Under the pieces are notes generated by a model. That model was not told the DNA's origin, searched no databases, and worked only from the letters and a program-made list of their open reading frames with translations. A stretch of 64,000 bases of DNA from Thermoproteota archaeon. Its GTDB lineage: Archaea; Korarchaeota; Korarchaeia; Korarchaeales; JAOZGB01. Position 1 is the first letter of the stretch. The number at the start of each line of letters is the position of its first letter. The stretch is from the NCBI GenBank assembly GCA_037917685.1, contig JAVCBU010000011.1, forward strand, positions 1-64,000, in the 5' to 3' direction. The position numbers and the translations under genes are program-made. Below, in pieces: positions 29,046 to 39,583 of this stretch.

Positions 29046-30062
29046 TTGGAGATGCCCATGATGGCTAAGCCTAAAGTTTTCTATGATAAAGATGCCGATC
29101 TAACAGTTCTGAAGGGTAAGGTTATAGCAGTTATAGGATACGGGAACCAGGGTAGAGCTCAATCGCTAAATATGAGGGATAGCGGGCTTAAAGTTATAGT
29201 GGGAAACAGGAAGGATGAATACTATGATATCGCCGTTAGAGACGGATTTGAGGTATACAGTATAGACGAGGCTGTAGAACTAGCTGACGTGATATGCCTT
29301 CTTATCCCTGACGAGGTTCAACCTGCCGTTTTCGAAAAGTATGTGCGGCCTAACCTTAAGGAGGGGGCAGTGTTAGACTTCGCTTCGGGCTATACGATAC
29401 ATTTCGGCTTTATAGAACCCCCGGGAAAATCGGATGTAATAATGGTAGCCCCGAAGATGATAGGCGCCTCAGTCAGAGAACTGTATATTAAAGGGTTAGG
29501 ATGCACATCCCTGGTAGCAGTACATCAAGACTACTCTGGAAAGGCTCTGGACTATGCTCTCGCACTGGCGAAAGCTATAGGGTCAACAAGATCTGGGGCT
29601 ATCCTAACCACTTTTGAGGAGGAGGCTGTAACAGATCTTTTCGGGGAGCAGGTACTAGCGGGGGGACAGCTATTCCTGCTGAGATTTGCGTTTGATCTTC
29701 TGGTTTCAGCTGGGTATAACCCGTACGTTGTCCTACTTGAACTCTACATGTCAGGGGAGGCTGCCGAGGAGGCTAAAAAGATAGTTAGAATGGGGTTATT
29801 CAAGCAGCTCAGCCTGCACTCTCCTACAAGCCAGTATGGCCAGCTGACAAGAGGCCCTAGGATGATAAACAAGCAAGCCCGGGAAACCCTGAGGCAAATA
29901 TTGGATGAGATAGTTGACGGTAGGTTCGCAAAGGAATGGGAGCTTGAGAAGAAGGCTAACTACGTCCGCATGCGAATATTGAAGAAAAAGGCGCTGGAGC
30001 ACCCGTTGAACAGGTTCGAGGAGGAGCTTAGGAAGATGGTTAAAATAGTCCTACCAGAATAA
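29046..30062 (+). CDS. ilvC: Ketol-acid reductoisomerase (class I) family
   Basis: IGYGNQGRAQ.LNMRDSG, LIPDE.Q, MVAPK, TTFEEE..TDLFGEQ, HSPTSQYG; start may be ATG at 29055/29058. Confidence 0.88.
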   Translation: MEMPMMAKPKVFYDKDADLTVLKGKVIAVIGYGNQGRAQSLNMRDSGLKVIVGNRKDEYYDIAVRDGFEVYSIDEAVELADVICLLIPDEVQPAVFEKYVRPNLKEGAVLDFASGYTIHFGFIEPPGKSDVIMVAPKMIGASVRELYIKGLGCTSLVAVHQDYSGKALDYALALAKAIGSTRSGAILTTFEEEAVTDLFGEQVLAGGQLFLLRFAFDLLVSAGYNPYVVLLELYMSGEAAEEAKKIVRMGLFKQLSLHSPTSQYGQLTRGPRMINKQARETLRQILDEIVDGRFAKEWELEKKANYVRMRILKKKALEHPLNRFEEELRKMVKIVLPE

Positions 30063-30091
30063 AGGGGAGGCAGGGAGGCTATTGCCTGTAC

Positions 30092-31912
30092 TCATTCTAT
30101 CCCTAGACTTCTAATCTTCTCGACTGTAGGCATACCTGACTCAGGATCCCATCCTCTAAGCCTGTAGTACTCGCCGAGCATCTCTGAAAGCTTGACGGTT
30201 ACGCCTTTCGCACCTCCGCTAGTCTTCGCCTCCTTGAGAAGCCTATCAGGAAGGGTGTCCTCCGACGGTTTAAGCCCGTACCTGCAGTTTACAATCCTCC
30301 TAAGGTTGAAAATTCTTTCGCCAGCCGTCATGAACTCTTCTTTCCCCATCTCAACGCCTGTTACAAGCTTGTATATGCTTGTCATATCTTTGATCGTGGC
30401 CCATCCTATTTCGACGAACAAGCAGAAGCCCATGGACGAGAGCGCACATAGATAGTTCTGCCTTGCTATTACAAGCTTGGCCTTCCCAACCGGGCTGAAC
30501 CTGTCCGTAGGTTTGAATCCAAGTTCCCCGGCTCCAAAAAGTTCCCAGAATATTGTAAGATCCTCTGTATGTCTGCCTCCAGTGATGGCTGTCGCATAGT
30601 TCAGCCCGCCACCCTGGGATGCTCTTGGATCATGCATGGCGATCTCAACACCCTTGACTTGTATGGCATAACGCTCAGACCCTGGAATATGCATGGATGC
30701 TACCCTTGATCCCTCAGCAAGCAGGTCTCCTATCCCCCTTCTATACGTAACGTCCTCGGCAAGCCTCTTTAAAGCCTCAGAATCTCCGAATCTTAACTCA
30801 AAACCAACTTCATCCTTTGACAATAGTCCCCTCTCATAGCATTCCATTGTGAAAGCCGCCGTCGACCCGAATGATATGGTGTCAAGTCCAAGCCTGTTGC
30901 AAAGGTCATTTACTTCAGCTACAGCCTTCAAATCAGTTATTCCACAGTTTGAACCTAGAGCAGCTACAGTTTCATATTCAGGTCCTTCCACCCTCTTATC
31001 GCCGAGCTTCACTATCCTCCTACACGCTACGGGGCAGTTGTAGCAGGCTCTTCTCCCAGCATATATTTCCTTCTCATATGACTCCCACGCCAGACCCTGC
31101 CAACCCTCTAGGTTGCCTTCAGACCAGTTTTTAATTGGGACATCGCCAAGCTCGTAGACGAATTCAAAATCACCCGGGGTTCCCTTGAGACTGAAGTTTA
31201 CAGCCACTTTGCTCTCCTTCCTCCTTTCAGTCATCTCCTTAACATAGTCTAGTAGCTCGTCTGGCATTGCAATCTTCACGCTCCCTGAGCTCCTCACAGC
31301 TACGGCCTTTAGCCTCTTGCTTCCCATAACCGCCCCTAATCCACATCTTGCAGCGAACCTCTCAGCATTATCGTTTGCTATAACCGCGTACCTCACAAGA
31401 TTCTCCCCTGCGGGGCCGATGGTTGCAACCTTAAAGTCGTCGCCAAGCCTACCCCTCACAGCCTCGTCAGCTTCCCTTGCATCCAAACCCCACATTCCGC
31501 TTGCATCTTCAACCCTAACATCTCCATCCTCAGCCACTATTATTGCCGGCTTGCTGCTTCTGCCTTTAACTACTAGCATGTCAAGTCCAGCCATCTTAAG
31601 CTCAGGACCGAAGAATCCTCCACCATTGGCGTCTCCAAGATAGCCGGTCAAAGGAGACCTCGATACAACGGTATACCTTGAAGCAGCTGGCGCAGGGGTT
31701 CCCGTGACAGGGCCTGTCGCGAATATCAGCAGGTTTAGAGGGTTAAAGGGTGAGACCCACGATGGAACGTGATCATAGAGAATCCTGGCACCCACCCCGT
31801 ATCCGCCGATGTAAAGCTTTAAAATGGATGGATCAGTTTCTTCCATGTAAACTTTCTTCCTGGAGAGGTCAACCCAGCAAGTCTTACCAGCATACCCTCC
31901 CTTAAACTCCAC
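30092..31912 (-). CDS. Tungsten AOR-family protein (AOR-2)
   Basis: RSPLTG, IGPAGENLV, GAVMGSKRLK, CYNCPVAC, GPEYET, HDPR, EYYRLRGW. Confidence 0.92.
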   Translation of the reverse strand: MEFKGGYAGKTCWVDLSRKKVYMEETDPSILKLYIGGYGVGARILYDHVPSWVSPFNPLNLLIFATGPVTGTPAPAASRYTVVSRSPLTGYLGDANGGGFFGPELKMAGLDMLVVKGRSSKPAIIVAEDGDVRVEDASGMWGLDAREADEAVRGRLGDDFKVATIGPAGENLVRYAVIANDNAERFAARCGLGAVMGSKRLKAVAVRSSGSVKIAMPDELLDYVKEMTERRKESKVAVNFSLKGTPGDFEFVYELGDVPIKNWSEGNLEGWQGLAWESYEKEIYAGRRACYNCPVACRRIVKLGDKRVEGPEYETVAALGSNCGITDLKAVAEVNDLCNRLGLDTISFGSTAAFTMECYERGLLSKDEVGFELRFGDSEALKRLAEDVTYRRGIGDLLAEGSRVASMHIPGSERYAIQVKGVEIAMHDPRASQGGGLNYATAITGGRHTEDLTIFWELFGAGELGFKPTDRFSPVGKAKLVIARQNYLCALSSMGFCLFVEIGWATIKDMTSIYKLVTGVEMGKEEFMTAGERIFNLRRIVNCRYGLKPSEDTLPDRLLKEAKTSGGAKGVTVKLSEMLGEYYRLRGWDPESGMPTVEKIRSLGIE

Positions 31913-32015
31913 AAGTCACCGTTTAGGTTATTAATTCATAAAATTATCCGTTCTAACTCCATGTAATCTAAGAAGAACCTATGTAGATTGTTGAGTTTAA
32001 CCATACCTTGGTAAA

Positions 32016-32981
32016 TCATCCCCGATTATTGGATGCCTTTCCAAGTAGGAAATATAGAATACTCCATGTAGCTATGTGATAAATACTTGGATGAAAGCTT
32101 GGGAATGTTTCTATGTTATACACCCTAGCCCCCTCCCCAGCCTTCATCAAGGTTTGGAGCAGCTGCCATGTTGAGATTCCAAGAGGCTCGTCCAAACCCT
32201 CTGACATAGACAGATCAAGAACGTCAAAGTCCACATTAACCATGAAGGTGTCAGTTCCATCTTTCACCCGCTCCAACGCCTCCTCTAAAACATTCTTATA
32301 GCCCTTATTAACTATGTCCCTGTACGTGTATATCTTGGATCCATGCTTCCTGTACCATTCTATCTGGCTTTTCATGTTCCTCGGGCCTCTAAGCCCTATC
32401 AGTATGAAATTCCTCATGTCCAGGTTCTTCAGCTCTGAAGCTCTCCTCACCCAGCATGCCAAGCTATATTTTGTACCGGAGTGCTCATGGAGATTATCGC
32501 CGTGAGCGTCGAGATGTAGAACTCCTATCTTCCCCTGGGAAGAGAGTGATTCTGCAGCTGCAAATGGGTGTCCCGTAACTACAATAGGGGCGCAGCCGGC
32601 TGAAAGTACCTTTTCGACTTTTTCCCTATTCTTTCTGATTGCATATAGGTAGTCATCATCTGATGAGACTGGTGATAATAACTTTATGTCTCCTAAATCT
32701 CCGAGCCTCACTTTTTCCAGGACGTCGATGTCGTATTCTGGCAGATAGCTTCCATATTTCAGGGAGTGAACCCTTAGGTTGTGAGTATGAAGAATTGAAG
32801 GCTTCAATGATCTTCCGGCAGGGGGAGTCGTCCTCTGCAAGGGTACACCTATTATTACTGCGTCGTACCCGTCTAAGTCCTCTTCTGAGATGCTTGGAAC
32901 CCCCAGGAATGTTGGAGTTCCAGGGTGGATTGTGGGAACCTTGAAGACTGTGAACTCTTCCATTGACTTTCTAGGTTTCAA
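32016..32981 (-). CDS. Ureohydrolase (agmatinase/arginase) family protein
   Basis: TFLGVP, GDLGD, HLDAHGD, IGLRG, DFDVLD, EPLG. Confidence 0.82.
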   Translation of the reverse strand: MKPRKSMEEFTVFKVPTIHPGTPTFLGVPSISEEDLDGYDAVIIGVPLQRTTPPAGRSLKPSILHTHNLRVHSLKYGSYLPEYDIDVLEKVRLGDLGDIKLLSPVSSDDDYLYAIRKNREKVEKVLSAGCAPIVVTGHPFAAAESLSSQGKIGVLHLDAHGDNLHEHSGTKYSLACWVRRASELKNLDMRNFILIGLRGPRNMKSQIEWYRKHGSKIYTYRDIVNKGYKNVLEEALERVKDGTDTFMVNVDFDVLDLSMSEGLDEPLGISTWQLLQTLMKAGEGARVYNIETFPSFHPSIYHIATWSILYFLLGKASNNRG

Positions 32982-32993
32982 CCTTGTGGCACC

Positions 32994-33833
32994 CTATAAA
33001 GGTAGCACACCTTTACCTGTCACTCTAAGATATATCCCAGCTATTAATAGAAGTATCGAGAACGCTAGGAACAAGTAGTCTCCAGCTGACATTTTGAATG
33101 TTTTATAGAAGGTTCTCTTAGGTACGGCTCCAAAGGCCTTTAGCTCCATCGCTATGGTCATGTCATAGGCGCTCTTTAGAGAGGTGTCTATGAGGGGGAC
33201 GAATAGTGTGATGTATTTTCTACCCTTCTCTATGATCCCTCCCTTATCCAGGGCAACCGCTCTTGACAGGTATGCCTCCTTTATTGTCCCGAAGGCTCCG
33301 ACGAATGATGGAAGGAATCTAAAGGACGAAACAACCATGTAGGGATACTTGTATGAGCCTCCAAGCCTCTGGAAGTCTTCCCCTATGCAGTTTGCAAGGT
33401 CGATCATGTCTGTGCATAGGACAAAGAACATGCTGGCCGTGACTGCTACGGCTATCCTTAGGGCCATAGCTGTCCCATAAATCAGTCCCTCAACGGTGTA
33501 GGCTCCTTTCCCACCTATGAGGGGCACCCATTTCGGTATCAAGGTGAATATAACCCTTCCCCCTTTATCGTAGAAGAAGGGCCAAGTTAGAATTATGAAG
33601 CCGAGCAAGGCTGGATATGTTACTAGAAGATACCTACCGAGGCTTTTATGCACCCTTGCCACAACTGCGAGGACCCAGCTTAATAGTACTAGTGGAATTG
33701 TATAGATGTAGTGGGTCACTAGGATTGGCAGGATTATCATTACAATCCACCAGATCAGCTTGACCTTTGGATTTAGCTTGTGTATGGGGCTTTTCATCTT
33801 ACCAGATTCAAGGATTTCGAGAAGCAGGGACAA
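32994..33833 (-). CDS. ecfT: ECF transporter T component
   Basis: HKLNP.VKL, FRFLP, AYLSR, AMELKAF. Confidence 0.88.
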   Translation of the reverse strand: MSLLLEILESGKMKSPIHKLNPKVKLIWWIVMIILPILVTHYIYTIPLVLLSWVLAVVARVHKSLGRYLLVTYPALLGFIILTWPFFYDKGGRVIFTLIPKWVPLIGGKGAYTVEGLIYGTAMALRIAVAVTASMFFVLCTDMIDLANCIGEDFQRLGGSYKYPYMVVSSFRFLPSFVGAFGTIKEAYLSRAVALDKGGIIEKGRKYITLFVPLIDTSLKSAYDMTIAMELKAFGAVPKRTFYKTFKMSAGDYLFLAFSILLLIAGIYLRVTGKGVLPL

Positions 33834-33837
33834 AATA

Positions 33838-34662
33838 TCACCTCCTACATGCCTGATATATCTTTTCAGCTAGATCTTCAACTCTAAGTGAGGGTTTTCC
33901 GCCCAGCAGGTTTCTAAGCCTGAAATCTATAAGCACGACGTCTGGAGGCTTAATATATGCTTCCCTTAGTGTTTCAATGTCGTACATTACTTGCTCAGTT
34001 GGGCCGTCGAGCAGGATACGACCGTTCTTCATAACTATTACTCGCTTTGCGAACATTGAGACGAGCTTCATGTTATGGGTCACCATTATGATTGTGTGTC
34101 CCTCCTTGTTTAGCCTATCCATGAACTCTACAAGTTTGACACACTCCTTCCAGTCCTGTCCCGTCGTGGGTTCATCTACAACAAGCACTTCAGGCTTCAT
34201 GGCAAGGATTGATGCAACAGCCAGCCTCTGTCTTAAACCCTTACCAAGCATGAAGGGTGGAGTGTCGACGTATTCTGATAGTTCAAGTTCTTCAAGGACA
34301 TGTTTAACTATTTCTTTGATCTCGTCCTCGGGGAACCCTAGGTTTCGGGGCCCGAATGCTACTTCGTCGTATACGCTGTCTGAGTATATTTGGTGATCAG
34401 GGTTTTGAAAGACATATCCTACTTTTCTAGACAGCTCGTACGTGGACGCTTTGGAGGTGTCAACCCCGTAGACGTAGACCTTCCCCCTTGTCGGCTTGAG
34501 GAGCCCATTAAAGTGTTTAACCAGTGTTGTCTTGCCTGAGCCGTTCTGCCCTATGATAGCTATGAACTCTCCACGTTTGATGGTTAAGTCTACGCCGCGA
34601 AGGGCTTCTATGCCGCCTGGGTAGACGTGCCATAATCCCTCAACCTTTATTATCTCCTCCAC
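33838..34662 (-). CDS. ecfA: ECF transporter ATPase
   Basis: GQNGSGKTT, FQNPDHQ, DEPTTGQD, VTHN. Confidence 0.9.
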   Translation of the reverse strand: MEEIIKVEGLWHVYPGGIEALRGVDLTIKRGEFIAIIGQNGSGKTTLVKHFNGLLKPTRGKVYVYGVDTSKASTYELSRKVGYVFQNPDHQIYSDSVYDEVAFGPRNLGFPEDEIKEIVKHVLEELELSEYVDTPPFMLGKGLRQRLAVASILAMKPEVLVVDEPTTGQDWKECVKLVEFMDRLNKEGHTIIMVTHNMKLVSMFAKRVIVMKNGRILLDGPTEQVMYDIETLREAYIKPPDVVLIDFRLRNLLGGKPSLRVEDLAEKIYQACRR

Positions 34663-34664
34663 TT

Positions 34665-35516
34665 CTATTCACCCCTAACTATCTCGCTGAACACATCAAC
34701 TGCTTCATCCACTGTTAGCGGAAACTTATCTATGTTAATCCCACGTTTCTTAAGCAGATATGCTATCTGAGTTGCCTGAGGAGAATCTACACCTATCCTC
34801 TTGAGCAGCTCAACGTCTGAAAGTACTTCTCTGGTTGGGCCGCTCTCTATGATTCTCCCCCCATCCATAACAATAACCCTGTCCGAGAATACTGAGAGAA
34901 GCTCTGTTTTATGTTCAACCATAACTATCGTCTTACCCTCGGCTTTGAGTTTTCTAACAGTTTTGAAAACCTCCTCTGTTCCTATAGGATCCAGCTCTGA
35001 CGTTGGCTCGTCCAGTATCATTATCTCCGGCAGCATTGCAAGCGAAGCTGCTACGGCAACTTTTTGCTTTTGCCCCCCGGACATTAGGAAGGGGTGTCTG
35101 CTCCTGAACTCTTCAAGGCCTACAACTTTAAGTGCATAGTCTATTCTCCTCCTGATCTCATCCCTCGGCAAACCAAGGTTTTCCGGGCCGAATGCTATCT
35201 CCCTCTCCACATCGGGCATTAGCAGCTGTGACTCTGGATCCTGCATGGTCATCCCCACCTTCTGGGATATCTCTGAAACCTCGTGTTCCGTTGTTTTCAT
35301 GCCGGCAGTGATGACTTCCCCTGTAAAGTCTCCCCTAAGGATGTTTGGGACAATACCAACCATTGTTAAGCATAAAGTTGTCTTCCCGGCACCCGTGGGA
35401 CCTATAATACCGAGAAATTCCCCCCTGTAAACTGTTAGGTTTATGTTTAGCAGTGAGGGTTTCTCTGCTCTCCTATACTTGAACGTTACATTTCTAATTT
35501 CTATGGCTGGCTCCAT
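34665..35516 (-). CDS. ecfA: ECF transporter ATPase
   Basis: GPTGAGKTT, QDPESQ, MSGGQKQ, LDEPTSELD, VEH. Confidence 0.9.
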   Translation of the reverse strand: MEPAIEIRNVTFKYRRAEKPSLLNINLTVYRGEFLGIIGPTGAGKTTLCLTMVGIVPNILRGDFTGEVITAGMKTTEHEVSEISQKVGMTMQDPESQLLMPDVEREIAFGPENLGLPRDEIRRRIDYALKVVGLEEFRSRHPFLMSGGQKQKVAVAASLAMLPEIMILDEPTSELDPIGTEEVFKTVRKLKAEGKTIVMVEHKTELLSVFSDRVIVMDGGRIIESGPTREVLSDVELLKRIGVDSPQATQIAYLLKKRGINIDKFPLTVDEAVDVFSEIVRGE

Positions 35517-35715
35517 TCCCCATCCTTACCCTACAACCTAATGTTGGAATATTTAAAACCCAAGCATGGGTCTGATAGATTAAAGTATATTGTTGAAATA
35601 CCACATGCAGGTATACAGTAATAATTTTTCTGTTTAACCAAGTATACTTTTATTTTACGACATTTCGCTAAAATTTATTATTAAATCGTGTAAGCCACAT
35701 ATCGGCGATGAGACG

Positions 35716-36234
35716 ATGGCAAAATTCACAACTCTAGATGTGGCACTCACAATCATAGGCGCCGTAATCTACGGGCTAGGGTGCTTCGCTACAATGGGGA
35801 TAGCAATATCATTTATGACGGTTAGGCCAGCATCATGCATAGCATGTGTATGGGGCATATTATTCGGCCCATGGGTCGGAGGACTCGCGGCCGGCATAGG
35901 GAACACGTTCATATCTGATGTCCTCGCCGGATGGCTAGGCGTCGGAGGAGTTGGAGGATTCGTTGGAAACTTCGTAATGGGCTGGATGCCAGGCCAGTTC
36001 GTGAAAGACCCTGAAGACATGGTTCAGGTCATATTCTGGTCAGGCCTCTCAGCTGTCGTCTGCGCTGTAATAGTCGCGGCATGGATATCATTCCTCGGAT
36101 ACGCCCCGTTCATGACGCTATTCATCCTTATCACCGCGAGTGACCTGACAGCCAACGTAATCGGCACGCCAATACTGATCAAACTGTTATATGAGAGGGT
36201 AAGGAGGAGAGGACTGTACTGGAGGGAACGCTAA
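35716..36234 (+). CDS. ECF transporter S-component
   Basis: IGAVIY, VRPA, LFGPWVG..AAGIGN..SD; divergent from the ecfAAT genes. Confidence 0.82.
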   Translation: MAKFTTLDVALTIIGAVIYGLGCFATMGIAISFMTVRPASCIACVWGILFGPWVGGLAAGIGNTFISDVLAGWLGVGGVGGFVGNFVMGWMPGQFVKDPEDMVQVIFWSGLSAVVCAVIVAAWISFLGYAPFMTLFILITASDLTANVIGTPILIKLLYERVRRRGLYWRER

Positions 36235-36271
36235 GCAGAACTTCAAGAACCCCCATTCTTTATTTTTAACG

Positions 36272-37660
36272 TTACCCTAAACATCTATCCTCATCCCACC
36301 TGGCTATCCTGTCCCTATAGTTGAAGGGTATAAGCCTGGCTTTGCCTCTGGGCTGGAGTTCACCCCTTTCATAAATAATGCTTCCGGAGACGATCGTGTA
36401 TACAATCCTTCCTTTAAGGGTTAAACCCTCATAGGGCGTCCAGTCAGCCTTCTGGTGGAGCATGTCCAAGTCTAGCTTGTACTCGTCTTTTAGGTTGATA
36501 ATTGTTAGGTCAGCGTCTGCCCCTGGGATAATTGCCCCTTTCAACGGGTATAGGCGATATATTCTGGCAGCTCCAGTGGAGACAGCATCTACAAATCTTT
36601 TGAGGGTTAGTCTCCCCTTGAGGTATCCTTCACTTAACATTAGAGGGAGTCTGGTCTCAACGCCTGGCACTCCCGCCTCAACATTCCATATGTCGTCCCA
36701 GCACTTCTCTTTCTCCTCCCTTAGGGGTGCATAGTGGTCTGAGGTTACTATGTCTACTGTTCCATCCGCAAGAGCTTTCCACAGCATGGCCCTGTCTTCT
36801 TTTGTCCCAAGCGGTGGGTTTATCGCCAGGAAAGGCCCCATATCCTTAACGTCCTCCCGTGTGAATATAAGGTAGTGAGGGCATGTTTCAACAGTGACAC
36901 CCTTCTGTTTGGCTGCTACTATATCTGGCAGAACCCTGGCGGTTGAAAGGTGAAATATGTGCAGCCTCACGTTCATGTAGGTGGCAAGGAGTATAGCTCT
37001 TTTTACAGCTTCAACCTGAGCTATGTCAGGTCTTGCCTGCCAGTGAGCGTCGGGGTCTCTCCTTCCAGCATCAACCAGTAGTTTCTGGGCTTCTCTTCTG
37101 ATCCACTCGTCCTCAGCGTGGACCGTGGCTATTAGGTTCTTTCCTGAAAGCGTTAGGAAGGATTTGTACATGAAGCCTGTATCTACGTATGGTGTTCCGT
37201 CACAGTTTGCCATCATGTGTTTATAGGATAGGGCGCCCATCCTCGCAAGCTTTTCAACCTCCCCTATATCCCTATCTCTCCATAACACTGTGTGTAGGCA
37301 AAAGTCGCACCGGGCGAGCCTCAGGCCTACTTCTACTTTCCGCCTGAAGGCTTCAACTAGGCTTTCCCTCTCCCCTGCCCTTGCAAAGTCTGCTACTAGT
37401 GTTGTTCCTCCAGCTATGGCTGCAAGGCTTCCTGTTTTAAAGTCTCCCCTGCGGGCAACCCTGGGATGTATGTGTACGTGGCTGTCGAACCCGCCGGGTA
37501 TCACCAGAAGCCCCGTCGCGTCAATATTCTCTGCAGCCTCCCCTATCGCTGCGTTTCCGCCTATGGATACAATCTTACCGTCTTTGATGCCTATTGATGC
37601 CTTAACCACGGCACCCCCAGGGAGGTAGACGTTGCCATTTCTAACTGCGAGGTCGAACAT
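36272..37660 (-). CDS. Cyclic amidohydrolase (dihydropyrimidinase/allantoinase/dihydroorotase family)
   Basis: DSHVH, GGTT, SYKHMM (carbamylated Lys position), HAED, HIFHLS, ETCPHYL, NPPL, SDH.P. Confidence 0.88.
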   Translation of the reverse strand: MFDLAVRNGNVYLPGGAVVKASIGIKDGKIVSIGGNAAIGEAAENIDATGLLVIPGGFDSHVHIHPRVARRGDFKTGSLAAIAGGTTLVADFARAGERESLVEAFRRKVEVGLRLARCDFCLHTVLWRDRDIGEVEKLARMGALSYKHMMANCDGTPYVDTGFMYKSFLTLSGKNLIATVHAEDEWIRREAQKLLVDAGRRDPDAHWQARPDIAQVEAVKRAILLATYMNVRLHIFHLSTARVLPDIVAAKQKGVTVETCPHYLIFTREDVKDMGPFLAINPPLGTKEDRAMLWKALADGTVDIVTSDHYAPLREEKEKCWDDIWNVEAGVPGVETRLPLMLSEGYLKGRLTLKRFVDAVSTGAARIYRLYPLKGAIIPGADADLTIINLKDEYKLDLDMLHQKADWTPYEGLTLKGRIVYTIVSGSIIYERGELQPRGKARLIPFNYRDRIARWDEDRCLG

Positions 37661-37666
37661 AAAGCA

Positions 37667-39583
37667 TCAACCTGGAAGTTTCCCTAGGCTTTCAAGCTCA
37701 TCTGCCACGGCTTTAAGACCTAGCTGCTCGAACTTTTCCCTGGTAACCATTCCCGTCTTGGGATCCCATCCTCTAAGCTTGTAATACTCGTCCAGCATTT
37801 GGTCGAGCTCGACAACCTGACCTTTGGCTGGCCCCTCTGGTGATGGTACCTTGGTGAATCTCTCAGGGAGTCTGTCATCCTTCCTGGCCAGTCCAAGCCT
37901 CTGATTATACGCTCTCTCAAGATTGTAGATTCTCTCACCTGCAAGCCTTATGTCTTCAGCTGACACCTGGATGCCCACGGCGAGGCTGAAGCCCATTGCT
38001 ATTTCAGGGTAGTAGACCGCCCCGCTTTCAAGTGGAAGTAGGGTTCCGGTACTCTTGCACAGCAGCAGGCTATCGCATAGGGCGGCCAGTTCTTCGCAGT
38101 CTTTTACAAGGAAGGGTTTATACTTTGGGTTTAGCCTCTCTCCAAGCTCTGGCAGATACTTCCTCCCATATCTGACGATGATCTTGCTTTCCCATATACT
38201 CTCGTCTAGAATTGGAAAGGCCTTTAGGTGGTCGGCGCCCCTGGTGGCGGTGACATGGGCCAGCCCCATGGATTTCTGGGCCCTGCCGTCCTGTGCTGGA
38301 ATTTCCATCCCCTTAACCGCCATTACATATTTATCTGAGCCTCTTCCGATCTTCTTTGACGCCCTGTGGCTTCCCTCCGCAAGTAGGTTGCCGAATCCCT
38401 TTCTGTAGGCTATCATCTCTATGAGTTTGATCATTGTGTCGTAGTCTCCCCAGTAAAGCTCTAGGCCACCAGTATCCTCCCTTGTTATTATTCCCTTCTC
38501 GTAGCATTCCATAGCCCATGCTATCGTCCCACCGGTCGAGATGGTGTCCATTCCATACTCGTTGCATAGGTAATTCATGTATATTATTGCCTCGAGATCT
38601 CCCACATAACATCTTGGCCCGAGGCTTGAGATTGTCTCATATTCAGGGTTCTTATATATTCCTTTAAACTGGCCCTTTCTTATGAGAACAGGCTTCTCGC
38701 ACAGGCACAGACAGGCGTAGCATCCTCTATCCTTAATCCGATACTCAGATCTAAGCCTTTCCCCACCAATTCTCTCAACATCTGGGAACATTCCACGCTG
38801 GAAGTTCTTGACAGGCCATCTTGCAATCTCATTCATGAGTTCTGCAAGTATTGGGGTCCCATACTTTCGACGCCTCATAATGTGCGGGTCTCTTAAGTAC
38901 TCCTCTGAAAGCTTATCCACCAGCTCCTGGAACTTGTCTGGGTAGGCGACTCTCACATCCTTTGAACCTCTGACAACTATTCCCTTAACCCTCTTAGATC
39001 CGAGGACAGCTCCTATCCCCGCTCTAGCTGCGACCCTAGTGTCATGGAATATTCCGGAATATCTTACAAGGTTCTCGCCAGCCGGGCCTATAACGGCGGC
39101 CTGGCAGGACCAGTCTCCAACCTCCTCCTTTAGGGCTTTTTCAGCCTCGGATGTCTTGAGACCCCATAACCCGTTAGCGTCTCTAATCTCAACATTATCT
39201 TCATCTATGTAGATGTAGACTGGTTTTGAGGATCTACCACTGATAATTATCATGTCATACCCTGCAAGTTTAAGCTCCGGCCCTAGGAACCCGCAGCAAG
39301 AGGAGTCTCCATATACACCAGTAAGAGGCGACCTAGCCCCAACTTGGAACCTCCCGGACTGGGGCCAAGATGTGCCTGTGAATGGCCCCACTGCCAGAAT
39401 GAAGCGGTTTTCAGGGCTGAAAGGCTTAGTATCCGGGCTTGTCTCATCCCATAGGGTTTTAGCTATGAAGCCTGCTCCCCCTATGAATTTAAGAGCAGTC
39501 TCACCTGGCAAAGGCTGGGTGAAAGTTTTCATTCTGTCAAGATCGACCCTTAGGATTCTACCTGCATACGCGTAAAATTTCAT
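37667..39583 (-). CDS. Tungsten AOR-family protein (AOR-3)
   Basis: RSPLTG, IGPAGENLV, CYACLCLC, PEYET, QDGRAQKSMGL, RGADH. Confidence 0.92.
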   Translation of the reverse strand: MKFYAYAGRILRVDLDRMKTFTQPLPGETALKFIGGAGFIAKTLWDETSPDTKPFSPENRFILAVGPFTGTSWPQSGRFQVGARSPLTGVYGDSSCCGFLGPELKLAGYDMIIISGRSSKPVYIYIDEDNVEIRDANGLWGLKTSEAEKALKEEVGDWSCQAAVIGPAGENLVRYSGIFHDTRVAARAGIGAVLGSKRVKGIVVRGSKDVRVAYPDKFQELVDKLSEEYLRDPHIMRRRKYGTPILAELMNEIARWPVKNFQRGMFPDVERIGGERLRSEYRIKDRGCYACLCLCEKPVLIRKGQFKGIYKNPEYETISSLGPRCYVGDLEAIIYMNYLCNEYGMDTISTGGTIAWAMECYEKGIITREDTGGLELYWGDYDTMIKLIEMIAYRKGFGNLLAEGSHRASKKIGRGSDKYVMAVKGMEIPAQDGRAQKSMGLAHVTATRGADHLKAFPILDESIWESKIIVRYGRKYLPELGERLNPKYKPFLVKDCEELAALCDSLLLCKSTGTLLPLESGAVYYPEIAMGFSLAVGIQVSAEDIRLAGERIYNLERAYNQRLGLARKDDRLPERFTKVPSPEGPAKGQVVELDQMLDEYYKLRGWDPKTGMVTREKFEQLGLKAVADELESLGKLPG

